27,506 bases of DNA from a virus (taxonomy: Duplodnaviria; Caudoviricetes). Below are positions 15,496-23,308 of the stretch, piece by piece. The translations under genes were made by a program, and so were the position numbers. The notes under the pieces were generated by a model that did not search any database, was not told the origin of the DNA, and worked only from the letters and a program-made list of their open reading frames with translations. How positions within the stretch are numbered: position 1 is the first letter of the stretch; each line of letters starts with the position of its first letter. The DNA is taken from the IMG/VR virus record IMGVR_UViG_3300026196_000022, positions 1 to 27,506 of that record; one strand, 5' to 3'.

Positions 15496-17240
15496 GCGCT
15501 ACCCGGCGCGGGCAGGGCCGGCGGAGCGCCATTGCCGGTGATCAGCGGGATTGACTGGTTGGCGTCGGCAAGTTTCGGCACGCTCTCGGCAGCGCCATCG
15601 ACGACAGCTTGCAGGTTCGCCGCGCCTTCCATCGCCTTGGCTTCCTGCATTTCCTTGGCGCGCTGTTCACGGATCGCCATGACATCATCTTCCGGGATCA
15701 GCCAGTCAGGCTCGCCGCCCATATATTCCACGGCATCGCGGTCGACCTTGTCGAGATTGAAATTGTCTGCGGCTTCTGGTCTGACGGACATGGATTCGAA
15801 TGCATATTGGCGCGTTTCGCGCGCCTTCATCAGCTTTTGACGCTTGTGAGCAAGCTGGATCGGGCCATCGAATTCGTAGACAACATCAGCGCCCAGCAAC
15901 TTGGGCGGGACGCGCTCGATGCCGGGGCCGGGCTGGCCGTTCGAGAGGATGACGGGAAGACCGCCGGTGAACTGGCCGATCCGAAGATTGAAGGCGAAGC
16001 TGGCGTCAAGCAGTTGCGCATTATGCGTCTCGAACGGTTCGACAGCCGGACCGACCGAGCGGATATATTCGGAGATCCGCTCATTGACCTCGAATGCCGT
16101 CATGTCTTTTTCTGACGGCAGGGCGAGTTTGTTCAGGAACCAGCATGCCGACAGGATCTGCCGCGTATCCTGCTTCATCTCCAGCCCGATCGGAATGTTG
16201 GCGCGGCTCTCAACGGCTCTTACGGCCCCGTTGCGGGTGTTGTCATATTCCTTCTCCACCCATGTCGTGCCGCCAGCGTAGTTCATGATGCGGCCAAGCA
16301 CGCCGTCGCGGACCGCGATCATCGGGGGATCGACGATACGCTCGCCGGCGTCGAGGATGACGCGCTCCTGAGATTGCAGGAGCCGGGCTTCGATCAGCCC
16401 GAGCATCGCCGCCGGCGAATAGGCGTAAGGCGAATTGTCGGCAAGGAACCAGCGGCGCACCGTGTAGGGGAACTCGAAATACCCGCCTTCCCGCAAGGTC
16501 TCGCAGCCATTTGGATCGATGTAGCAGGACTTGAAGGCGTGGCCGGTCTTCTTCTTGCTGTACTGCTCGTAACCGTGGCGGCCGGCCGGGATCACTATGT
16601 GGAGAAGATCGATCTCGTGATGCGGGTCTTTCTCGCGAATGGTAGCATAACGTTCCGGGATCTTCTTGTTCGGAAACTCCGTCTCCCAGTCTTTCAGCTG
16701 GAGCTTGAATTTCCGATACATCTCATCGACTTCGCGCCATGCGTTTTCCGCCCAGGCGCAATCGCGTAAGTGCTCGCACAGATAGACGAGGAAGCCGGAC
16801 CGGTCATGAGCTTCGTTATGACGGACCACGGAGTTGCCGAACGATATGACATCGTTGTCCGACATCTGCATGGTGTTCTGGAACCCGGCGCGGCGCGTGT
16901 AGAGCAGTGTCCGCTGCACATCCCGCGTCATAGAGAACCACGCCTTTGACCGCTCGGTGTTGCGCTCCTCCTCCTGCGCTTTGGGGTCGAACCATTGCTG
17001 GTTCTTCGGTCGCGTCAGAGCGCCGAGCGCATAGGCGAGATCGCGCCGGTTCTGCGCCGGGAGAGAGGTGTAAAGCTCATCGGCGTATTCGTCGCCATCG
17101 ACGCGGGTCCGGGTGAACGTCGCGCGCTCAGGAAAGAATTCTTCGCTGATCGTCTGCCACAGCGTATCAAGCTGGGACTTCTTCGAAAAGCGCGATTCAG
17201 AGAGCCGAACCAGCTCTCGGGCGTTGTCATCACCTGCCAT
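15492..17240 (-). CDS. Portal / head-to-tail connector (T7 gp8, BPP-1-like)
   Basis: 582 aa with LWQTISEEFFPER, QQWF, SFGNSV, GGYFEFPYTVRRW...SPYAYSPA, DPPM and MTAFEVNERISE. Confidence 0.9.
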   Translation of the reverse strand: MAGDDNARELVRLSESRFSKKSQLDTLWQTISEEFFPERATFTRTRVDGDEYADELYTSLPAQNRRDLAYALGALTRPKNQQWFDPKAQEEERNTERSKAWFSMTRDVQRTLLYTRRAGFQNTMQMSDNDVISFGNSVVRHNEAHDRSGFLVYLCEHLRDCAWAENAWREVDEMYRKFKLQLKDWETEFPNKKIPERYATIREKDPHHEIDLLHIVIPAGRHGYEQYSKKKTGHAFKSCYIDPNGCETLREGGYFEFPYTVRRWFLADNSPYAYSPAAMLGLIEARLLQSQERVILDAGERIVDPPMIAVRDGVLGRIMNYAGGTTWVEKEYDNTRNGAVRAVESRANIPIGLEMKQDTRQILSACWFLNKLALPSEKDMTAFEVNERISEYIRSVGPAVEPFETHNAQLLDASFAFNLRIGQFTGGLPVILSNGQPGPGIERVPPKLLGADVVYEFDGPIQLAHKRQKLMKARETRQYAFESMSVRPEAADNFNLDKVDRDAVEYMGGEPDWLIPEDDVMAIREQRAKEMQEAKAMEGAANLQAVVDGAAESVPKLADANQSIPLITGNGAPPALPAPGSA

Positions 17241-17252
17241 GAAGCGTGACGA

Positions 17253-17471
17253 TCAGCCCGTCAGCACGGAGCTGGAGCCGCCGCGCAGCTCGTTCTGGCC
17301 GTAGGCGCCCAGATCCTTCTCAGTGAGCGTCACGGAGCCACGGCCGGTGGATTTGGACAGGCGTGAGCGCTCCTGAAGATTGGCCCGGCGCATGGCTTCG
17401 CTGTCTTCTTGCGGGAGCGGGATGGCGGGTTTGGGTTCTGGGAACTTCGGTTTGCTAAATAGATTTCCCAA
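17253..17471 (-). CDS. Small virion-associated protein upstream of the portal (T7 gp7.3-position)
   Basis: Probable TTG start at 17471 after GGAGG, giving MGNLFSKPKFPEPKPAIPLP...TGRGSVTLT...SSSVLTG (72 aa). Confidence 0.65.
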   Translation of the reverse strand: MGNLFSKPKFPEPKPAIPLPQEDSEAMRRANLQERSRLSKSTGRGSVTLTEKDLGAYGQNELRGGSSSVLTG

Positions 17472-17542
17472 GTGTATAATCCTCCAATCATGTCTTGATG
17501 GAACCGAGAGACAGCGCAAGAGCGGTAAGCAAGCAATCCGCG

Positions 17543-17740
17543 CTACCCCGTCAGCACGGCGCTTGACCTTCGATCCTTCTGGCCGAAGCCGAAAGAGCCA
17601 AGATCATTATCCCTATCCCTATTCGCTTCCCTCTGTTGGGCAGTGCTAATTATCCGGGAGCGTTCCTTCCGCCATTTCTCTTGCTTGGCCTGATTTGGGA
17701 TGGTCTCAGGGAGTTGAGACGCAAGTTTCGGGCTCCCCAT
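17543..17740 (-). CDS. Small protein, probable paralog of 17253-17471
   Basis: MGSPKL...DLGSFGFGQKDRRSSAVLTG shares the C-terminal motif of the neighbouring gene. Confidence 0.55.
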   Translation of the reverse strand: MGSPKLASQLPETIPNQAKQEKWRKERSRIISTAQQREANRDRDNDLGSFGFGQKDRRSSAVLTG

Positions 17741-17777
17741 AATATTAGAAATCGGACTATCTCCTCTTGGATATGGG

Positions 17778-19454
17778 CTATCCGTGCTCTGACGCGGACT
17801 GGTAATCGTCGATGCCGCCCCGCCGACGGTTGCGTCCGCGCTTGGGGCGGTTCGGGTTCACGGATTCGGAAGCCATTGAATGAGGCTGCTTGCGCGTGTG
17901 CGCCTTGGCGACCGCGATATTACCCTCAGTCAGGCACATGACCACAGCATCGCCTTTGTCAGGCGATCGGCCGAGGCGCTTGCGCAGATCCTCTTTGCTC
18001 TCCAGCTGGATCTCGCCGCGAATCTCAAGGACGCGAGGCAGAAGGCATGGTGCGGCAAGGTCAGCCCGCAATTCAGCATCGGGTGGCAATGCTATGATTG
18101 AGCCGCCGTCTTGATCGGGATCAAGAGCCTCACGGAAACGCCACCAGACTTCAGCCCGCTTGTTCGTGAAGGGCAGACGACTGCCGAGCGCTGCCGCTGT
18201 CGAGTCTTTCGCGCCGTTGAACGAAACGAAATCAACCTCATTGTCCTGCAATCTCGTCTTGACGCCGCTTGCATACCCGCCGCCTACATCGATGACAACC
18301 GGAGCGCCATCTCGGCGATTCGTAAAGATCGCGCTAGCGCCAGCCGTGCTGTCAGCCGTGCTTTTGCCCCTTTCGCTGACGAGCGGCGCATACCAGCCGC
18401 GGTGACGCCACGCAAGGACTGCGGCATCCTTGCCACCACCAGCTGGATCGAATGCCATTGCCGTCATCTGCCACTTGCGCCAGCCATCTTCCGTCCAGCG
18501 ATCTTGTGCGGCAATGATCCATTCCGTCGGGATCACCTGGTTCGGCGTATCCTCCAGCATGGAAGTGAACTTGCCGCTGGCCAGGTTGCGCAGGGCTTTC
18601 GGCGCATAAGCAAGAACAGCGCCATAGCCGCTATTGGCAAGCTCTGGAATATCTTCCATCTTGGCCGGGATGAAGGTGCGAGACCGCGGCGGAAGCAGAT
18701 TGCCTTTCGTGTCTCGCGGCGGCCGGTCCAGCGTTTCTACGTGGGCAAGAGCTTCTTCCTGCGTGCGGAAGAATAACTCTTTATCGCTGTCGCTGTCTGC
18801 CGGTGCGGCCCAGCGCAATTCACCAGGCGGCGCCGGATCGTGATACGTCTCATCAAGCCACGGAGCCCAATGCTGGATTACCCACAATCCTTCCGATGTG
18901 GTTGGGGGGTTTCCAGTGCAGATGATGCGGCAACGCTGGCCCGGAGTGGCAGACCGTAGCCACAGCGTCAGATAACGGTACTGATCGCGGCTGAAATGCG
19001 TGATCTCGTCGAAGCCCTTGAGATCGTGATCACGGCCCTGATACTTCTCAACATCCCACTCATGCGGGACAGAGCCGAATTCCAGTATCCGCTTCGTGCC
19101 GGGGATACGCCAGACGCGATCCTGCGAATTGTATCCCGTGCGTGAGCCGAGAATACGTGTGGCTTCTTTCTCAAGCCCCTTGATCTGCGGATATTCCCGG
19201 CGGAATATGATCGAGTTCATATGCTGCGTGACAGCAGCACCGACGAGAAGCGAGGATTTGCCGCCGCCTGGTTCGCCGCCCGTGAACAGTTCATCCGCTT
19301 CGCTATGCAGCGCCGCAGTTTGACCGCCCGGCGATGGCACCCAAGGCAAATGCCCGGTTTCCTCCATCGCGGCCTTGATTGTTTCCTGCTTTTCCTCCGG
19401 GGTCATAACCTCGAAGGCTGACAGAATGTCCTCAAGACGCGGGGACTGGAGCAT
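17778..19454 (-). CDS. terL: Terminase large subunit
   Basis: PSPGGQ, Walker A GGEPGGGKS, IFRRE, Walker B GFDEITHF, coupling motif TGNPP, nuclease AFDPAGGGKD and RSPDKGDAVVM. Confidence 0.93.
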   Translation of the reverse strand: MLQSPRLEDILSAFEVMTPEEKQETIKAAMEETGHLPWVPSPGGQTAALHSEADELFTGGEPGGGKSSLLVGAAVTQHMNSIIFRREYPQIKGLEKEATRILGSRTGYNSQDRVWRIPGTKRILEFGSVPHEWDVEKYQGRDHDLKGFDEITHFSRDQYRYLTLWLRSATPGQRCRIICTGNPPTTSEGLWVIQHWAPWLDETYHDPAPPGELRWAAPADSDSDKELFFRTQEEALAHVETLDRPPRDTKGNLLPPRSRTFIPAKMEDIPELANSGYGAVLAYAPKALRNLASGKFTSMLEDTPNQVIPTEWIIAAQDRWTEDGWRKWQMTAMAFDPAGGGKDAAVLAWRHRGWYAPLVSERGKSTADSTAGASAIFTNRRDGAPVVIDVGGGYASGVKTRLQDNEVDFVSFNGAKDSTAAALGSRLPFTNKRAEVWWRFREALDPDQDGGSIIALPPDAELRADLAAPCLLPRVLEIRGEIQLESKEDLRKRLGRSPDKGDAVVMCLTEGNIAVAKAHTRKQPHSMASESVNPNRPKRGRNRRRGGIDDYQSASEHG

Positions 19455-19977
19455 TCTTCTTTCTGGCCATGGCGAGGCCGAGCATGTAGGCGACGCGGCG
19501 GGCAGATTCAGTGTCGCTTACATCAGCCAGTTCTATGGGCTTGCCGTCTTTGCCGCTGTGCTCATGATCCGTTCTGTCGCGCCATTCATCCTTGCGGCGG
19601 TTCTTTAGCCAGAAGATTGCAGCCGTGTCTGAAGGCGGGACATGTTCGACGGTTTTGGCGCGAACAATCTCGCCTTGGAACTGAAACACTTTCTCGCTTG
19701 CAAAGGTGTATCCGACTGCCTTGTGATACAGAGATCGCTCGACTCGATCATCAGCCGGGGTCTTCCCCGCCTTTAAGGCTTCCGAAAACTCAACATGCTT
19801 TGCTCGCCAGCCATGAAGAGTGGGCTCAGCAATGCCTAAAGCTTCTGCAATCTCACGGTCTGTAGCACCAAGCTCGCACATCTTCTGCGCGACTTTTGCA
19901 AACTGCTTTTGGTATGAAGACTTCCGGCCGCCGCCTTTGTTGCCAACGGCATTCTTGTTGCCCTTAGGCGCTGGCAT
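19432..19977 (-). CDS. terS: Terminase small subunit (HTH)
   Basis: Start reassigned to ATG 19977 after GAGG. MPAPKGNKNAVGN, HTH GATDREIAEALGIAEPTLHGW, VERSLYHKAVGY, AAIFWLKNR and EHSGKDGKPI. Confidence 0.9.
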   Translation of the reverse strand: MPAPKGNKNAVGNKGGGRKSSYQKQFAKVAQKMCELGATDREIAEALGIAEPTLHGWRAKHVEFSEALKAGKTPADDRVERSLYHKAVGYTFASEKVFQFQGEIVRAKTVEHVPPSDTAAIFWLKNRRKDEWRDRTDHEHSGKDGKPIELADVSDTESARRVAYMLGLAMARKKNAPVPAS

Positions 19978-20047
19978 GAATGCCTCTTCGCCGAGCAAGC
20001 TTTGCACAGGCTGCGAGGATCTGCTCAGCGGTTGGTTCTGGCGTCAC
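19964..20047 (-). CDS. Possible 27-aa bridging micro-ORF
   Basis: GTGA overlap with the upstream stop gives VTPEPTAEQILAACAKLARRRGIHASA*. It overlaps the TerS start. Confidence 0.3.
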   Translation of the reverse strand: MTPEPTAEQILAACAKLARRRGIHASA

Positions 20048-20547
20048 GCAGCATCCTTCCATCGCCCAGCCATAGCAAGCGCTGCCTTCAGGCGCGGCTC
20101 CAGCTTGATCCTGACGACATGATAGAGATCGCGGTTGCGGAAGCCCTTTTCCTTCTGTTTCTGCCACTGGAATACTGGAACACGGCGGTGGAAAATGAAT
20201 GCGATGCGATCCTGATTGCGGTATTCCTGGATCAGGACGGATTGTTCGTCAAAGGTAATGGCGATCTGACATCCGGCTTTACGAAACGCTTCATCGGCTT
20301 CGGCGCAGGCTGCCGCCCACATGGATGTGTCTGCCCATTTTGCCAAGGGAACGATTGTAAATTCCTTGCCGAGACCGGGAATGTATTCTCCGTTCATGCG
20401 ATCAAGACCGCCGCGTGGCGAGAACTCGATGCCGACCGGCTTGGCGGCGCCGACAGCCTTCGCCAGTTCAGCCTTCTTCATGCTGGACCGGCCCTTGATG
20501 CCGAGGCGCTTTGCTTCAGCGCGGAGCTTTACGACGGATTCTGACAT
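20044..20547 (-). CDS. Protein with N-terminal Rho-N/HEH domain
   Basis: SVVKLRAEAKRLGIKGRSSMKKAELAKAV matches the Rho N-terminal consensus. The C-terminal domain is not recognised. Confidence 0.7.
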   Translation of the reverse strand: MSESVVKLRAEAKRLGIKGRSSMKKAELAKAVGAAKPVGIEFSPRGGLDRMNGEYIPGLGKEFTIVPLAKWADTSMWAAACAEADEAFRKAGCQIAITFDEQSVLIQEYRNQDRIAFIFHRRVPVFQWQKQKEKGFRNRDLYHVVRIKLEPRLKAALAMAGRWKDAA

Positions 20548-20554
20548 GCGGTGT

Positions 20555-20707
20555 TCAGTCTTTCATTCTCCAAGCCTCAAGGGCTTTTTGGAAATGATAT
20601 TCGGCGATGGTTTGCTGCTCTCGTGTCTGCTTCGACTTTGGCCACGGGATATAGACCAGAGCGAAGGCAACTGCGAAAAGCGCGATTATTGCGATGATCT
20701 CGATCAT
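20555..20707 (-). CDS. 50-aa single-pass membrane protein (not in the ORF track)
   Basis: GAGGGAG then ATG, giving MIEIIAIIALFAVAFALVYIPWPKSKQTREQQTIAEYHFQKALEAWRMKD*. Confidence 0.6.
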   Translation of the reverse strand: MIEIIAIIALFAVAFALVYIPWPKSKQTREQQTIAEYHFQKALEAWRMKD

Positions 20708-20754
20708 ATCTCCCTCAATCCGGGAATACCGGTCCGCGTGATGTCATTTCCGCC

Positions 20755-21144
20755 TCACTCATCTGTTAAGCTTCTTGAGCTTGGCGCGGGCGGAGTTTCT
20801 TTCAGCTTGAGAGTGTTCGGATCGATGATGAAACTCGGCGGCTTCATCATGATTTCCAGTCGGCGCTTCTCAAGCTCAATGATTTCTTCCAGTGTCCAGC
20901 CATCGGGGCCGCGCGGTGGAAGACCAGCCGCCTCGCGGGTGTAATCGTTGATGATCTCAGCGCCAGCTTGCTCAAGCTCGTTCCGGATCTGGTTGAAAAT
21001 CTGCTCTTCGCGCTGGTAGTAGCGGCTTTCTTCATCGTCGCGAAGGTGCGGCCTGATCGCCTGTAGGATGAGATGCAGCAAAGGTTGCGCTCTCATCACT
21101 CGGGGGTTCTGGCGCATCGCAGTCGCTGTGTATTCTTTGCTCAT
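20755..21144 (-). CDS. Hypothetical phage protein (129 aa)
   Basis: GGAG SD, overlaps the end of the HTH gene. Contains EAAGLPPRGPDGWT. Confidence 0.7.
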   Translation of the reverse strand: MSKEYTATAMRQNPRVMRAQPLLHLILQAIRPHLRDDEESRYYQREEQIFNQIRNELEQAGAEIINDYTREAAGLPPRGPDGWTLEEIIELEKRRLEIMMKPPSFIIDPNTLKLKETPPAPSSRSLTDE

Positions 21145-21329
21145 TTACTGCTCCTTGCCCGGTGTATGGAGAGCAGAAGCCGAATGTAAGCTTCCGCAAG
21201 AGGCGGAACATCCTTTTTCGCTCCAACCCATCTGTTGACGGTTGGCTCAGAGACGCCGGTCTCATCGCAGAATGCCCGTTGCGTCATTTCAAGCTGCTTC
21301 AGCGCGGCCTTGAACTCTTTGCCAGTCAC
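21141..21329 (-). CDS. XRE/Cro-like HTH protein (62 aa)
   Basis: GTG after GAGGA. MTGKEFKAALKQLEMTQRAFCDETGVSEPTVNRW...VPPLAEAYIRLL. Confidence 0.8.
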   Translation of the reverse strand: MTGKEFKAALKQLEMTQRAFCDETGVSEPTVNRWVGAKKDVPPLAEAYIRLLLSIHRARSSK

Positions 21330-21334
21330 GTTGT

Positions 21335-21358
21335 CCTCATATAAAAATCAATATGAGG
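21335..21358. promoter_or_regulatory. Inverted repeat covering the HTH gene SD (operator or translational hairpin)
   Basis: CCTCATAT-AAAAATCA-ATATGAGG, with perfect 8-bp arms. Confidence 0.5.
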
Positions 21359-21411
21359 GTATCAGGCTGGAGAAAAACTGTCAATTCAGTAGTTTTTATC
21401 CACAGAACCGC

Positions 21412-21440
21412 TTGACAAAACCTATCAGAATGATTAAATT
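21412..21440 (+). promoter_or_regulatory. Sigma70 promoter driving the + strand island
   Basis: TTGACA (21412-21417), 17-nt spacer, TAAATT (21435-21440), in an AT-rich context. Confidence 0.75.
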
Positions 21441-21571
21441 GAAACTCATCAGCCACGGAAACCCTACCTGAGACGTGCAGTCTAACAAACGGTCTCAGGT
21501 GCTACTCAGCAGAAACGGGCGGCGATACGATCTCTCTTCAAGACAATCCAACATTCAATCAGGAGGCGGAT

Positions 21572-21796
21572 ATGACGAAACCAATCAGAGTTAAGGGCGA
21601 AACCCACACATTCGATGTTGAAAAGACCTTCACCGACTTTGACGATAACGGCAGGCTCTGCAATCCGAAATGGTCAGTTGATCTGGTAAAGATCCACAGG
21701 AACGAAGTGACCGGCGAAAATTACGAGTCAGCCGGTAGCGTTAGATTTTTTGACGACAAGGCTACCGCACTCGAATGGGCTCGCGAGAATGCCTAA
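21572..21796 (+). CDS. Hypothetical protein (74 aa)
   Basis: AGGAGG SD; first ORF after the promoter. Confidence 0.75.
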   Translation: MTKPIRVKGETHTFDVEKTFTDFDDNGRLCNPKWSVDLVKIHRNEVTGENYESAGSVRFFDDKATALEWARENA

Positions 21797-22088
21797 AATC
21801 ACCGAACCAATGAGAGATGTAATCGGCCGGGTTCTCTATGAGGAGCCCGGCATAAGCCGTGACTGGCATACACTTTCCGAAGAGCGCCGCGAGCCGTGGC
21901 GTCAGGATGCCGACCGGATCATTGACGTTCTGCCGATAATGGCGAGCCACTTCGCTGAATTCGCCTACCATCAAGCTGACGCGAAGGATACCATAATCGG
22001 CTGCGTTTTCCCAATGGAGCCAGCAAAGATCTGGTCATCGTATCTAGAATTCGTCAAACGCAGGTGTCAAGGATTTCTTGACAACTGA
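21789..22088 (+). CDS. Hypothetical protein (99 aa)
   Basis: ATG 21789 overlaps the upstream gene end. Contains WHTLSEERREPWRQDAD, a WxxLxExxRxxW-type motif seen in small phage proteins. Confidence 0.65.
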   Translation: MPKITEPMRDVIGRVLYEEPGISRDWHTLSEERREPWRQDADRIIDVLPIMASHFAEFAYHQADAKDTIIGCVFPMEPAKIWSSYLEFVKRRCQGFLDN

Positions 22089-22110
22089 ACATTCCGGAGA
22101 TTCCGGATAG

Positions 22111-22150
22111 TTCCTTGAAGGGAGATCGATAATCGAAAGCCTTCAAGGAA
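22111..22150 (+). repeat. Long hairpin; its right arm is also an inverted repeat of 22402-22418
   Basis: TTCCTTGAAGG-gaga-TCGA-taa-TCGA-aag-CCTTCAAGGAA. Confidence 0.8.
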
Positions 22151-22178
22151 TGATCTGAAACCCTTGGAGGAACTGACT

Positions 22179-22373
22179 ATGACAGACCAATGCTATCGCA
22201 TCTCGACCATTGCAGGCAAATTCGACCATGTTATCGGCGAGGATGCCGCGCTGACGAAGGCGCGCGAACTTGCTGGTGCTCCTGAAGACACAACGCTCGA
22301 CGAACTGCGCCGCGAATGGGGCGTGACCGTCGCCGAAGTTTCTGAAGAAGACCAGAAAGCTGTCGGACTTTAA
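22179..22373 (+). CDS. Hypothetical acidic protein (64 aa)
   Basis: GGAGG SD then ATG 22179 (MTDQCYRISTIAG...). Confidence 0.7.
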   Translation: MTDQCYRISTIAGKFDHVIGEDAALTKARELAGAPEDTTLDELRREWGVTVAEVSEEDQKAVGL

Positions 22374-22439
22374 CCCCTCTCGGGACGGCCTTTACTGGTC
22401 GTTCCTTGAAGGCTTTCGCAAACTCAAGAGGAACTGAAT

Positions 22440-22697
22440 ATGACAAAGGTAAATCGCGTTGAATTCAACGAAAGCACAGTCTGCGTATGGTTTGGCGAAT
22501 CATACGCGGAAATCCGCAAGCGCCCGGATAGATATGGGATATACATCCCTGCTATCCATAATAGCTCAGAGGAGGCTTGCGGATGGTTTGATGAACCATT
22601 CCCCTGGCCAAGAAGCCAAGAAGAAGCAACAGCCTTTGCATCCATAGCAGTCGATGAGATCATCGACTGCTATGGATATGGATCTTGGCTTGAATAA
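22440..22697 (+). CDS. Hypothetical acidic protein (85 aa)
   Basis: GAGG SD. The start context nearly duplicates that of the previous gene. Confidence 0.7.
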   Translation: MTKVNRVEFNESTVCVWFGESYAEIRKRPDRYGIYIPAIHNSSEEACGWFDEPFPWPRSQEEATAFASIAVDEIIDCYGYGSWLE

Positions 22698-22708
22698 TCC
22701 CCCTCGGT

Positions 22709-22751
22709 TAAAACCAGAAGCCGGTCCAGTGCGAATGGAACCGGCTTCTGG
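22709..22751. terminator. Strong hairpin between convergent genes
   Basis: CCAGAAGCCGGT-CCA-gtgcgaa-TGG-a-ACCGGCTTCTGG (22714-22751). On the minus strand it is followed by TTTTAA. Confidence 0.6.
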
Positions 22752-22777
22752 CTGGCTCTGCGGGAAGCGGAGCGGAC

Positions 22778-23056
22778 TCAACTGGCGTATTCAGCCTGTC
22801 CGGAAGCATACATGGCTTGGCAAGAGTTGAACTTGGAAAGATCGTCGCCATTGCCACAAAGGATCGTGTAACGCCAAGGATACACGGGCTCGTCGAAACG
22901 AGGCCAATATCTCTCAACGAAGGTCGGGTAGGTGACAGGGTGTCCGTCAATTTCAGACACTCGCCGCTTGACCTTTTTCCACTGATCTGGTGTCGGTTCG
23001 CCATCCATTGCTTCAGTGAAGCCTTCGAACCATGCTTTGAATTCAAGTGGCGTCAT
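22778..23056 (-). CDS. Hypothetical protein (92 aa), paralogous N-terminus to 13682-14041
   Basis: Start reassigned to ATG 23056 after GGGGA. MTPLEFKAWFEGFTEAMDGEPTPDQWKKV. Confidence 0.7.
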   Translation of the reverse strand: MTPLEFKAWFEGFTEAMDGEPTPDQWKKVKRRVSEIDGHPVTYPTFVERYWPRFDEPVYPWRYTILCGNGDDLSKFNSCQAMYASGQAEYAS

Positions 23057-23279
23057 TGCGCAATCCCCTATGATAGTTTCGATCCACGCCTCCGCGCGGG
23101 AGGCGACGCGCAATGGCCGATCGGGCGTGCCATCGCTCGGCGGCTTTGTCTTTTGCGTAGCAGGCATGGCGCGAAGTCAACTCGCTCTTGCTCAAGATCA
23201 TCTGAATTGGGTGGAGAGTGCTGGCCTATGCCGAGGCGCAAAAGTGGAAACTGGACACAGTTCCACATGCTAGAAAAAG

Positions 23280-23308
23280 CTGGTATCAAACATATACACC
23301 GCTGTCAA
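23280..23308 (-). promoter_or_regulatory. Candidate late promoter at the end of the activator gene
   Basis: Minus strand TTGACA (23308-23303, containing the gene's TGA), 17-nt spacer, TACCAG. The -10 element is weak. Confidence 0.4.

Noticed and set aside
21466-21520. Hammerhead ribozyme (CTGAGA...GAAAC)
   Set aside because: The core is not CUGANGA and the three required stems could not be built.
22111-22434. CRISPR array or IS terminal repeats
   Set aside because: Only two to three copies in mixed orientation, with no regular spacers, cas genes or transposase.
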